From NCBI RefSeq assembly GCF_003334255.1, contig NZ_QOWU01000031.1: a stretch of 58,190 nt of DNA; one strand, written 5' to 3'. Below are positions 1 through 10,990 of the stretch, one piece after another. Position 1 is the first letter of the stretch; every line of letters starts with the position of its first letter. The notes below the pieces were generated by a model that was not told where the DNA came from, did no database searches, and saw only the letters and a list, made by a program, of their open reading frames with translations. The position numbers and the translations under genes are program-made. Source of the DNA: Escherichia coli (lineage in GTDB: Bacteria > Pseudomonadota > Gammaproteobacteria > Enterobacterales > Enterobacteriaceae).

Positions 1-1
1 G

Positions 2-898
2 TGGCTTGCGCAGTGCGGGCTGACGGTGGAGCAACTGGCCAGACAGGTGGAGCCGGAATACACACCGGCGCGAAAAGCTCATCTTTATCACTGCGACCAC
101 CGGGGACTGCCGCTGGCGCTTATCAGCGAAGACGGCAATACGGCGTGGAGCGCGGAATATGATGAATGGGGCAACCAGCTTAATGAGGAGAACCCGCATC
201 ATGTGTATCAGCCGTACCGTCTGCCAGGGCAGCAGCATGATGAGGAATCAGGGCTGTACTATAACCGTCACCGGTACTACGATCCGTTGCAGGGGCGGTA
301 TATTACTCAGGACCCGATGGGGTTGAAAGGGGGATGGAATTTATATCAGTATCCTTTAAATCCACTACAACAAATTGACCCTATGGGATTATTGCAGACT
401 TGGGATGATGCCAGATCTGGAGCATGTACGGGGGGAGTTTGTGGTGTTCTTTCACGTATAATAGGACCAAGTAAATTTGATAGTACTGCAGATGCTGCGT
501 TAGATGCTTTGAAAGAAACGCAGAATAGATCTCTATGTAATGATATGGAATACTCTGGTATTGTCTGTAAAGATACTAATGGAAAATATTTTGCATCTAA
601 GGCAGAAACTGATAATTTAAGAAAGGAGTCATATCCTCTGAAAAGAAAATGTCCCACAGGTACAGATAGAGTTGCTGCTTATCATACTCACGGTGCAGAT
701 AGTCATGGCGATTATGTTGATGAATTTTTTTCAAGTAGCGATAAAAATCTTGTAAGAAGTAAAGATAATAATCTTGAAGCATTTTATCTCGCAACACCTG
801 ATGGACGATTTGAGGCGCTTAATAATAAAGGAGAATATATTTTTATCAGAAATAGTGTCCCGGGATTGAGTTCAGTATGCATACCGTATCATGATTAA
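2..898 (+). CDS. rhsD: Rhs family protein, 3' portion (5' end upstream of window): conserved Rhs core terminus followed by a variable C-terminal toxin domain
   Basis: Reading frame is open from the window start. Translation contains the Rhs core-end signature (YDEWGNQ...[16 protein letters not shown]...YPLNP...DPMGL) followed by an AT-rich, low-complexity-free tail of about 165 aa. Position next to ybbC/mnmH matches rhsD by K-12 synteny (from memory). Confidence 0.85.
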   Translation, partial: WLAQCGLTVEQLARQVEPEYTPARKAHLYHCDHRGLPLALISEDGNTAWSAEYDEWGNQLNEENPHHVYQPYRLPGQQHDEESGLYYNRHRYYDPLQGRYITQDPMGLKGGWNLYQYPLNPLQQIDPMGLLQTWDDARSGACTGGVCGVLSRIIGPSKFDSTADAALDALKETQNRSLCNDMEYSGIVCKDTNGKYFASKAETDNLRKESYPLKRKCPTGTDRVAAYHTHGADSHGDYVDEFFSSSDKNLVRSKDNNLEAFYLATPDGRFEALNNKGEYIFIRNSVPGLSSVCIPYHD

Positions 899-937
899 TT
901 TTAGTGCTTTTATTAGTAGGGCCTATAAGGAGATTCA

Positions 938-1306
938 ATGAAATATAGTTCAATATTTTCGATGCTTTCATTTTTTATACTATTTGCCTGTAATGAGACA
1001 GCTGTTTACGGTTCTGATGAAAACATTATTTTTATGAGGTATGTGGAAAAATTACATTTAGATAAATACTCTGTTAAAAATACGGTAAAAACTGAAACAA
1101 TGGCGATACAATTAGCTGAAATATATGTTAGGTATCGCTATGGCGAACGGATTGCAGAAGAAGAAAAACCATATTTAATTACGGAACTACCAGATAGTTG
1201 GGTTGTTGAGGGAGCAAAGTTACCTTATGAAGTTGCGGGTGGTGTATTTATTATAGAAATTAATAAGAAAAATGGATGTGTTTTGAATTTCCTACATAGT
1301 AAATAA
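938..1306 (+). CDS. ybbC: Putative Rhs-CT immunity protein, 122 aa, predicted lipoprotein (signal peptide with L-F-A-C lipobox)
   Basis: 122-aa ORF immediately downstream of the Rhs toxin domain, AT-rich. N-terminus [18 protein letters not shown] has a hydrophobic core and lipobox cysteine. Length and position match K-12 ybbC. Confidence 0.75.
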   Translation: MKYSSIFSMLSFFILFACNETAVYGSDENIIFMRYVEKLHLDKYSVKNTVKTETMAIQLAEIYVRYRYGERIAEEEKPYLITELPDSWVVEGAKLPYEVAGGVFIIEINKKNGCVLNFLHSK

Positions 1307-2016
1307 TGCTGGCGCTGATGGATGCGGATGGAAACATTGCGTGGAGCGGGGAGTATGATGAGTGGGGCAACCAGCTGAATGAAGAGAACCCGCATCACCT
1401 GCACCAGCCGTACCGGCTGCCGGGGCAGCAGTATGATAAGGAGTCGGGGCTGTACTACAACCGGAACCGGTACTACGATCCGTTGCAGGGGCGGTATATC
1501 ACTCAGGACCCGATAGGGCTGGAGGGGGGATGGAGTCTGTATGCGTATCCGCTGAATCCGGTGAATGGTATTGATCCATTAGGGTTAAGTCCCGCAGATG
1601 TAGCGCTAATAAGAAGAAAAGATCAACTAAACCATCAAAGAGCATGGGATATATTATCTGATACTTATGAAGATATGAAGAGATTAAATTTAGGTGGGAC
1701 TGATCAATTTTTCCATTGTATGGCATTTTGTCGAGTGTCTAAATTAAATGACGCTGGTGTTAGCCGATCGGCGAAAGGGCTGGGTTATGAAAAAGAGATT
1801 AGAGATTACGGGTTAAATCTGTTCGGTATGTACGGCAGAAAAGTAAAGCTATCCCATTCTGAAATGATTGAAGATAATAAAAAAGACTTGGCTGTAAATG
1901 ACCATGGGTTGACATGTCCATCAACAACAGATTGCTCAGATAGATGTAGTGATTATATTAATCCAGAGCATAAAAAAACGATAAAGGCTTTACAAGATGC
2001 TGGCTATCTCAAGTAA
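1306..2016 (+). CDS. ylbH: Orphan Rhs C-terminal module: about 80 aa of Rhs core-end homology followed by a distinct toxin-like domain; may be silent or pseudogenic
   Basis: Begins at a TAATG stop/start overlap with ybbC. The N-terminal 80 aa repeat the Rhs core end ([11 protein letters not shown]...DPIGL...DPLGL), then an unrelated AT-rich tail follows. This is the classic orphan rhs-CT arrangement. Confidence 0.7.
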   Translation: MLALMDADGNIAWSGEYDEWGNQLNEENPHHLHQPYRLPGQQYDKESGLYYNRNRYYDPLQGRYITQDPIGLEGGWSLYAYPLNPVNGIDPLGLSPADVALIRRKDQLNHQRAWDILSDTYEDMKRLNLGGTDQFFHCMAFCRVSKLNDAGVSRSAKGLGYEKEIRDYGLNLFGMYGRKVKLSHSEMIEDNKKDLAVNDHGLTCPSTTDCSDRCSDYINPEHKKTIKALQDAGYLK

Positions 2017-2233
2017 TCTATCAAAGATGATAATATTTATTTTTGCTATTATAATCATTGTTGTTTTATGCGTAATTACTTATCTTTATTTATACAAAGA
2101 TGAATCTCTTGTAAGTAAACATTACATAAACTATATGGCAATACCAGAAAATGATGGAGTTTTTACATGGCTCCCAGATTTTTTTTCCGCACGTAGCGGT
2201 GGATATATCAATATACACAAATGTAGAAGATGA
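1997..2233 (+). CDS. ybbD: Small membrane protein, candidate immunity protein for the orphan Rhs-CT (more likely start at the internal Met near 2027)
   Basis: ORF directly after the orphan toxin module, with one strongly hydrophobic N-terminal helix ([23 protein letters not shown]). AT-rich. Gene name is by position only. Confidence 0.4.
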   Translation: MLAISSNLSKMIIFIFAIIIIVVLCVITYLYLYKDESLVSKHYINYMAIPENDGVFTWLPDFFSARSGGYINIHKCRR

Positions 2234-3002
2234 TTATTTTTTTCTTATTTTTCCCTAACAAATGATGATGGGGGTAGGTTTAAGAAAACATTGACAGTGA
2301 GGGCCAGGGAACAAGTGGCGAAAATCGTATCAAAGAATGATCCAGATACAAAAAAAGTGTGGTGTAAATATGGTAAGATACCAGGGCAAGGGGATGGTGT
2401 AAACCTTTTTTTTGTTGGTGAAATTAATGTTACGCATTATTTTATAACAAATATTGGAGCTGGATTGCCTGATGCTTGTGCAGAGTAATTGCTTGAATTA
2501 AGAGTCTATCCCATATCGAAGTCGTCAACTTCGTAGTGAGGAAAAGTAAAATTCCTGACTGAGAAAAGACATGTCGGCTATTGTGTAAAGCCATATAGCT
2601 CAGACGATGAATATCTACTCGTATTCAGTTGTTTATTGAGGGTGAGTTCCGACCCTGAAACAACAAATAAAATGAACAGTCAGAGAGTTTACATAGAATT
2701 GCACTGGTCTTTTACGATATCTGACATTGTGTAATACATATTCAGCCATGCATTAATTAAAATGTTACGTGTTTAATGTGAGTCCCTATCTGAAAATAAA
2801 TAATCCTTCCGGATTAAAATAAATTCTTGCCGGGAAAGAAAGAGGAAATAAACCATTAGCGGAAAACCAGCGGCACGCCAGGGTGACATGCCCCAGTACG
2901 GCGGCCCGATAGTCCAGGGTTCAGCGGGGGTACTGATAGTCGCGCCGACTGCATCGAGAACTCCATACAACTTTTTACGGAACGTCACCTGATAAAATTT
3001 GT

Positions 3003-3410
3003 TCAGTATCGTCTTTTGAGATTCTCAAGGTTATGGAGTAACCAGACAGAACGGACACCACTGTCGGAGATAAAAACCCCCTGTTTACGCAGCTCGTTGC
3101 TGGCCCGGTGCTGACCATGTGTCGGGAAAGCGACGGCGTAATCAACAACAGCCTGTTCAGTTGCCTCATCGGTACGGTTCTTAAGGTTAGGAGCGCGGCG
3201 ACTACGATTAATCTGCGCATCCACACCGCCTTCAGCGACCAGTTCGCGGTAACGATAAAACGTATCACGCGAAACGCCCATGATTTTACAGGCTTTTGAT
3301 ACGTTGCTGAGTTCTTCAGCCAGATTGAGCAAACCGGCTTTGTGTTTGATGACGGGATTGGCAGTATGAAGCATGAGAGTTACCTCTTGTTTTGGATAAG
3401 GATTCGACAC
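3003..3410 (-). pseudogene. ylbG: Transposase-like N-terminal (HTH) fragment, truncated; catalytic domain absent
   Basis: 135-aa ORF with an HTH-like segment (ACKIMGVSRDTFYRYRELVAEGG) typical of IS transposase N-termini. It ends without any DDE/integrase domain, and the downstream frames are broken. Position between the Rhs island and mnmH matches the K-12 ylbG pseudogene (from memory). Confidence 0.5.
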
Positions 3411-3489
3411 TCATATCAAAACCGGTAACTCTCAACCTTTCAAGGCCATGTGTCAGATCAAGTCGCGACTAATACAAATACGTCCCTCA

Positions 3490-4599
<1,110 letters not shown>

Positions 4600-4652
4600 T
4601 CAAATCAGCTTGCGCGCTATTTTACGCGCCAACGCGCAAGGAAACTTGATTT

Positions 4653-5579
4653 TTAACTGCGTGGATTGCCGAAAATTTCTAAAAATCCGCTGATTTCCGG
4701 CCTGCGCTGGGTAAACAAGGTCACAATATCTTCTACCGCTTTGCCGCTGCCAAATTTGCGCCATGCCAGACTCAATGGCGAAGGAGGGCGCATCGTTGGG
4801 ATTACCCGGCTGACCAGTTGTTGATTATCGATCATTGACTGGTAAAGCGATTTTGGCAAAAAACCAATGCCAACGCCCGCCAGATGGGCGGCGATTTTCG
4901 TTTCCATATCGGGAACAATAATCTCTTTTTGCCCTGGCAATCGCCAGGCGACGCGTTTGGTTAAGGTGCGGGCGCTGTCTTCAATATTGACCGCCGGAAA
5001 GCGCCGCAACTGCGCTTCTGTTAGCGGCTCTTCAACGTTCGCCAGCGGATGATCCGCCGCCATGACAAAGCGCCATTGCACCGATCCTAAGGGATCAAGA
5101 CTAAAGGTATTTGCCAGCGCCTCAGTTCCCGTGACGCCGATAGCCAGCGAAAAACCTTCGTACAATAGCGAGTCCCAGACGCCCATATAGATTTGTCGGG
5201 AGATGTGAAACTGGGTAAAGGGGTAACGCTCATTCAGCCACGCCAGCAACTGGGCGACGGCCTGGGGGTTGTAGAGCAGGTTGTTGATGACAATATTCAC
5301 CTGGCGTTCCACGGCATCATTCACCTGTTGCAGCTCGCTTGGCATACTTTCCAGCCAGCTCAGCCAGTCTCTGGCCTGGGAAAGTAGATGCTCGCCAGCC
5401 GCTGTCAACGTCACGCTGCGAGTCGTACGGAAAAACAGCGCTACTCCGGTATTCTCTTCCAGAAGTTTAATGCGATAACTGATCGTCGCCGTGGTTTTAC
5501 ATAATCGTTCTGCCGCTTTTGAAAAACTTCCTGTTTCAGCAACCGCAATGAAAGTCCGCAAGGTTTCTGGATCGAACAT
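4653..5579 (-). CDS. allS: LysR-family transcriptional activator of the allantoin regulon
   Basis: 308-aa ORF with an N-terminal LysR HTH ([24 protein letters not shown]). Divergent from allA. Confidence 0.9.
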   Translation of the reverse strand: MFDPETLRTFIAVAETGSFSKAAERLCKTTATISYRIKLLEENTGVALFFRTTRSVTLTAAGEHLLSQARDWLSWLESMPSELQQVNDAVERQVNIVINNLLYNPQAVAQLLAWLNERYPFTQFHISRQIYMGVWDSLLYEGFSLAIGVTGTEALANTFSLDPLGSVQWRFVMAADHPLANVEEPLTEAQLRRFPAVNIEDSARTLTKRVAWRLPGQKEIIVPDMETKIAAHLAGVGIGFLPKSLYQSMIDNQQLVSRVIPTMRPPSPLSLAWRKFGSGKAVEDIVTLFTQRRPEISGFLEIFGNPRS

Positions 5580-5686
5580 CTTCAGGTATCCCCTTTTAAA
5601 TCTGCAAGTTGCGTGATTTTCTTATCCTCTGATTTATCAGTATTTTTACATGATAACCCTGTTCAATTTGTGTACTAAATCTAGTT

Positions 5687-5703
5687 TTGGAAAAATATTC
5701 CAA
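5687..5703. promoter_or_regulatory. Palindromic operator TTGGAAAAATATTCCAA in the allS-allA divergent intergenic region (AllR-type operator)
   Basis: Near-perfect 17-bp inverted repeat seen directly in the sequence. An almost identical palindrome lies upstream of gcl at 7237-7253. AllR is known to bind such sites. Confidence 0.7.
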
Positions 5704-5808
5704 CTTTTGTATTGATGTTGTTCTCTTAAGGTTTTAGATTGCCTGTTATTGAAACCAAGCTGACCGGTCGGCGGTGGTTGAACGGAATTATGTTACAAGG
5801 ACAAAAAG

Positions 5809-6291
5809 ATGAAACTTCAGGTATTACCGTTAAGTCAGGAAGCCTTTAGTGCTTATGGCGACGTAATCGAAACGCAGCAACGGGATTTTTTCCATATTAA
5901 CAATGGCCTGGTGGAGCGTTACCACGATTTGGCGCTGGTTGAGATTCTTGAGCAAGACCGTACGCTTATCAGCATTAACCGCGCGCAACCGGCGAATCTG
6001 CCGCTGACCATTCACGAACTCGAACGTCATCCGCTGGGTACTCAGGCCTTTATCCCGATGAAAGGTGAGGTGTTTGTGGTGGTCGTGGCGTTAGGTGACG
6101 ACAAACCAGACCTGTCAACGCTGCGGGCGTTTATCACCAACGGCGAACAGGGAGTGAATTACCATCGTAACGTCTGGCATCACCCACTTTTCGCCTGGCA
6201 GCGCGTCACCGATTTTCTGACCATCGATCGCGGCGGCAGTGACAACTGTGATGTTGAAAGTATTCCTGAACAGGAACTCTGTTTTGCGTGA
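5809..6291 (+). CDS. allA: Ureidoglycolate lyase
   Basis: 160-aa ORF; synteny and length match. Confidence 0.9.
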
Positions 6292-6368
6292 CGCCTGCAA
6301 CCGACTTGCATAAGATAAACTAATTGTTCATTGTTTATGCTCACTTGTAGGTCGGAGTTAACGTAGGT

Positions 6369-7184
6369 ATGACGGAAGTTAGACGGCGCGGCAGGCCAGG
6401 ACAGGCGGAGCCTGTGGCACAGAAGGGCGCACAGGCGTTAGAGCGGGGAATTGCGATTCTGCAATATTTGGAAAAAAGTGGGGGAAGTTCGTCGGTTAGC
6501 GATATTTCTCTCAATCTGGATTTGCCGCTCTCCACGACCTTTCGCTTGCTGAAGGTTTTACAGGCAGCGGATTTTGTCTATCAGGACAGTCAATTAGGCT
6601 GGTGGCATATAGGATTAGGTGTCTTTAACGTCGGTGCGGCGTACATCCATAACCGCGATGTCCTCTCCGTCGCCGGGCCGTTTATGCGCCGCCTGATGTT
6701 ACTTTCCGGCGAAACGGTCAATGTCGCGATCCGTAACGGCAATGAAGCGGTATTAATTGGTCAGTTAGAGTGTAAATCGATGGTCAGGATGTGTGCGCCA
6801 CTGGGCAGTCGTCTGCCACTGCATGCTTCCGGTGCGGGCAAAGCGCTGCTTTATCCGCTGGCGGAAGAGGAGTTGATGAGCATCATTCTGCAAACCGGTT
6901 TGCAGCAGTTTACGCCAACTACGCTTGTGGATATGCCCACCTTGCTGAAGGACCTGGAACAAGCGCGTGAACTGGGCTATACCGTAGATAAAGAAGAGCA
7001 TGTTGTAGGTCTGAATTGCATAGCTTCAGCAATTTACGATGATGTCGGTAGTGTTGTTGCCGCTATCTCCATCTCCGGGCCTTCATCAAGACTGACAGAA
7101 GATCGTTTTGTCAGTCAGGGTGAGCTGGTCAGAGACACCGCCCGCGATATCAGCACGGCGTTGGGACTGAAAGCACATCCATAA
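6369..7184 (+). CDS. allR: IclR-family repressor of the allantoin/glyoxylate regulon
   Basis: 271-aa ORF with IclR-type HTH and effector domain; synteny. Confidence 0.9.
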
Positions 7185-7196
7185 TGTCTGTCGCAT

Positions 7197-7221
7197 CCCG
7201 CTCTGCGGAGCGGGTTTTTTT
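7197..7221 (+). terminator. Rho-independent terminator after allR
   Basis: GC-rich hairpin CCCGCTC-TGCG-GAGCGGG followed by a run of 8 T. Confidence 0.7.
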
Positions 7222-7236
7222 GACAAAATTTGAAAG

Positions 7237-7253
7237 TTGGAAAAATTTTCCAA
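7237..7253. promoter_or_regulatory. Perfect palindromic operator TTGGAAAAATTTTCCAA upstream of gcl (AllR-type operator)
   Basis: 17-bp perfect inverted repeat, 20 bp upstream of the gcl start, seen directly. Confidence 0.75.
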
Positions 7254-7273
7254 TAAATAGAGGTAGGAATAAA

Positions 7274-9055
7274 ATGGCAAAAATGAGAGCCGTTGACGCG
7301 GCAATGTATGTGCTGGAGAAAGAAGGTATCACCACCGCCTTCGGTGTTCCGGGAGCTGCAATCAATCCGTTCTACTCAGCGATGCGTAAGCACGGCGGTA
7401 TTCGTCACATTCTGGCGCGTCATGTGGAAGGTGCTTCGCACATGGCGGAAGGTTATACCCGCGCAACGGCAGGAAATATCGGCGTATGTCTGGGGACTTC
7501 CGGTCCTGCGGGCACGGACATGATCACCGCGCTCTATTCCGCTTCTGCTGATTCCATTCCTATTCTGTGCATTACCGGCCAGGCACCGCGCGCCCGTCTG
7601 CATAAAGAAGATTTTCAGGCCGTAGATATTGAAGCAATTGCTAAACCGGTCAGCAAAATGGCGGTTACAGTTCGTGAAGCGGCGCTGGTGCCTCGCGTGC
7701 TGCAACAGGCATTTCACCTGATGCGTTCTGGTCGTCCGGGTCCGGTACTGGTGGATTTACCGTTCGACGTTCAGGTTGCGGAAATCGAGTTTGATCCTGA
7801 CATGTACGAACCGCTGCCGGTCTACAAACCTGCTGCCAGCCGTATGCAGATCGAAAAAGCTGTAGAAATGTTAATCCAGGCCGAACGTCCGGTGATTGTT
7901 GCCGGGGGCGGGGTAATTAATGCTGACGCAGCTGCACTGTTACAACAGTTTGCTGAACTGACCAGCGTTCCGGTGATCCCAACGCTGATGGGCTGGGGCT
8001 GTATCCCGGACGATCATGAACTGATGGCCGGGATGGTGGGTCTGCAAACCGCGCATCGTTACGGTAACGCAACGTTGCTGGCGTCCGACATGGTGTTTGG
8101 TATCGGTAACCGTTTTGCTAACCGTCATACCGGTTCGGTAGAGAAATACACCGAAGGGCGCAAAATCGTTCATATCGATATTGAGCCGACGCAAATTGGT
8201 CGCGTGCTGTGTCCGGATCTCGGCATTGTCTCTGATGCTAAAGCGGCGCTGACACTGCTGGTTGAAGTGGCGCAGGAGATGCAAAAAGCGGGTCGTCTGC
8301 CGTGTCGTAAAGAATGGGTCGCCGACTGCCAGCAGCGCAAACGCACTTTGCTGCGCAAAACCCATTTCGACAACGTGCCGGTGAAACCGCAGCGCGTGTA
8401 TGAAGAGATGAACAAAGCCTTTGGTCGCGATGTTTGCTATGTCACCACCATTGGTCTGTCACAAATCGCTGCGGCACAAATGCTGCATGTCTTTAAAGAC
8501 CGCCACTGGATCAACTGTGGTCAGGCTGGTCCGTTAGGCTGGACGATTCCGGCGGCGCTGGGGGTTTGTGCCGCTGATCCGAAACGCAATGTGGTGGCGA
8601 TTTCTGGCGACTTTGACTTCCAGTTCCTGATTGAAGAGTTAGCCGTTGGCGCGCAGTTCAACATTCCGTACATCCATGTGCTGGTGAATAACGCCTATCT
8701 CGGCCTGATTCGTCAGTCACAACGCGCTTTTGACATGGACTACTGCGTGCAACTCGCTTTCGAGAATATCAACTCCAGTGAAGTGAATGGCTACGGTGTT
8801 GACCACGTAAAAGTAGCGGAAGGTTTAGGTTGTAAAGCTATTCGGGTCTTCAAACCGGAAGATATTGCGCCAGCCTTTGAACAGGCGAAAGCCTTAATGG
8901 CGCAATATCGGGTACCGGTAGTCGTGGAAGTTATTCTCGAGCGTGTGACCAATATTTCGATGGGCAGCGAACTGGATAACGTCATGGAATTTGAAGATAT
9001 CGCCGATAACGCAGCGGACGCACCGACTGAAACCTGCTTCATGCACTATGAATAA
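7274..9055 (+). CDS. gcl: Glyoxylate carboligase (ThDP-dependent)
   Basis: 593 aa from the internal ATG at 7274; the track ORF from 7184 is an upstream in-frame extension. ThDP-enzyme motifs and synteny. Confidence 0.9.
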
Positions 9056-9067
9056 GGGAGATAAATA

Positions 9068-9844
9068 ATGTTACGTTTCTCTGCTAATTTATCGATGTTA
9101 TTTGGAGAATATGATTTTCTCGCCCGTTTTGAGAAAGCTGCGCAGTGTGGTTTTCGCAGCGTTGAATTTATGTTTCCTTATGACTACGACATTGAAGAAT
9201 TAAAACATGTGCTGGCGAGTAATAAACTCGAACATACGCTGCACAATTTACCGGCGGGTGACTGGGCGGCGGGGGAGCGCGGTATTGCCTGTATTCCTGG
9301 CCGTGAAGAAGAGTTTCGGGATGGCGTAGCAGCAGCGATTCGTTATGCCCGTGCGCTGGGTAATAAAAAAATTAACTGTCTGGTCGGTAAAACGCCGGCT
9401 GGTTTCAGCAGTGAACAGATTCACGCAACGCTTGTAGAAAACCTGCGTTATGCCGCGAATATGCTGATGAAAGAAGATATTTTATTACTGATTGAACCTA
9501 TTAACCATTTTGATATTCCTGGTTTCCATCTCACCGGAACTCGGCAGGCGCTGAAATTGATTGATGATGTTGGTTGCTGCAATTTGAAAATTCAGTATGA
9601 CATTTATCATATGCAGCGGATGGAAGGTGAATTAACCAACACCATGACTCAGTGGGCTGATAAAATTGGTCACCTGCAAATTGCCGATAATCCGCATCGC
9701 GGCGAACCGGGAACCGGAGAAATTAATTATGATTATCTCTTTAAGGTAATCGAAAATTCTGACTACAACGGTTGGGTTGGGTGTGAATATAAACCCCAAA
9801 CCACCACGGAAGCCGGTTTACGCTGGATGGATCCGTACCGTTAA
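9068..9844 (+). CDS. hyi: Hydroxypyruvate isomerase
   Basis: 258-aa ORF; synteny (gcl-hyi-glxR). Confidence 0.9.
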   Translation: MLRFSANLSMLFGEYDFLARFEKAAQCGFRSVEFMFPYDYDIEELKHVLASNKLEHTLHNLPAGDWAAGERGIACIPGREEEFRDGVAAAIRYARALGNKKINCLVGKTPAGFSSEQIHATLVENLRYAANMLMKEDILLLIEPINHFDIPGFHLTGTRQALKLIDDVGCCNLKIQYDIYHMQRMEGELTNTMTQWADKIGHLQIADNPHRGEPGTGEINYDYLFKVIENSDYNGWVGCEYKPQTTTEAGLRWMDPYR

Positions 9845-9943
9845 AACGTAACGCTATTCAGACAATGCTTTTTTAGGCCGCTAAGTTGGCAGGGGATCGT
9901 GTTGTCTGAATTCAGGAAAAGCGAAATTTAAAAGAGGTTAATT

Positions 9944-10822
9944 ATGAAACTGGGATTTATTGGCTTAGGCATTATGGGTACACCGATGGCCATTAATCTG
10001 GCGCGTGCCGGTCATCAATTACATGTCACGACCATTGGACCGGTTGCTGATGAATTACTGTCACTGGGTGCCGTCAGTGTTGAAACTGCTCGCCAGGTAA
10101 CGGAAGCATCGGACATCATTTTTATTATGGTGCCGGACACACCTCAGGTTGAAGAAGTTCTGTTCGGTGAAAATGGTTGTACCAAAGCCTCGCTGAAGGG
10201 CAAAACCATTGTTGATATGAGCTCCATTTCCCCGATTGAAACTAAGCGTTTCGCTCGTCAGGTGAATGAACTGGGCGGCGATTATCTCGATGCGCCAGTC
10301 TCCGGCGGTGAAATCGGTGCGCGTGAAGGGACGTTGTCGATTATGGTTGGCGGTGATGAAGCGGTATTTGAACGTGTTAAACCGCTGTTTGAACTGCTCG
10401 GTAAAAATATCACCCTCGTGGGCGGTAACGGCGATGGTCAAACCTGCAAAGTGGCAAATCAGATTATCGTGGCGCTCAATATTGAAGCGGTTTCTGAAGC
10501 CCTGCTATTTGCTTCAAAAGCCGGTGCGGACCCGGTACGTGTGCGCCAGGCGCTGATGGGCGGCTTTGCTTCCTCACGTATTCTGGAAGTTCATGGCGAG
10601 CGTATGATTAAACGCACCTTTAATCCGGGCTTCAAAATCGCTCTGCACCAGAAAGATCTCAACCTGGCACTGCAAAGTGCGAAAGCACTTGCGCTGAACC
10701 TGCCAAACACTGCGACCTGCCAGGAGTTATTTAATACCTGTGCGGCAAACGGTGGCAGCCAGTTGGATCACTCTGCGTTAGTGCAGGCGCTGGAATTAAT
10801 GGCTAACCATAAACTGGCCTGA
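9944..10822 (+). CDS. glxR: Tartronate semialdehyde reductase (NAD-binding beta-hydroxyacid dehydrogenase)
   Basis: 292-aa ORF with N-terminal Rossmann motif GFIGLGIMG; synteny. Confidence 0.9.
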   Translation: MKLGFIGLGIMGTPMAINLARAGHQLHVTTIGPVADELLSLGAVSVETARQVTEASDIIFIMVPDTPQVEEVLFGENGCTKASLKGKTIVDMSSISPIETKRFARQVNELGGDYLDAPVSGGEIGAREGTLSIMVGGDEAVFERVKPLFELLGKNITLVGGNGDGQTCKVANQIIVALNIEAVSEALLFASKAGADPVRVRQALMGGFASSRILEVHGERMIKRTFNPGFKIALHQKDLNLALQSAKALALNLPNTATCQELFNTCAANGGSQLDHSALVQALELMANHKLA

Positions 10823-10990
10823 TACCCGCAATAAAAATGGCCGGTATCAGAAAATGAATCGGCCAGCAATATTAAAAAAGAAAGCAGCCAAAGATGTTGC
10901 TTCAGTATTAAAAATAATATTTTTATTTTATTTGTTCCTCATAGCTAGATTAAAACAACGTTATTCGATACGTGAAATTAAGAGGGATTT

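Noticed and set aside
7184-7273. Upstream in-frame extensions of gcl (623 aa), ylbF (302 aa), folD (320 aa), purE, fimZ, pheP, nfsB, ybdF and ybdG in the ORF track
   Set aside because: The extensions overlap upstream genes or terminators, and the shorter internal starts give proteins of the expected lengths with recognisable N-termini.
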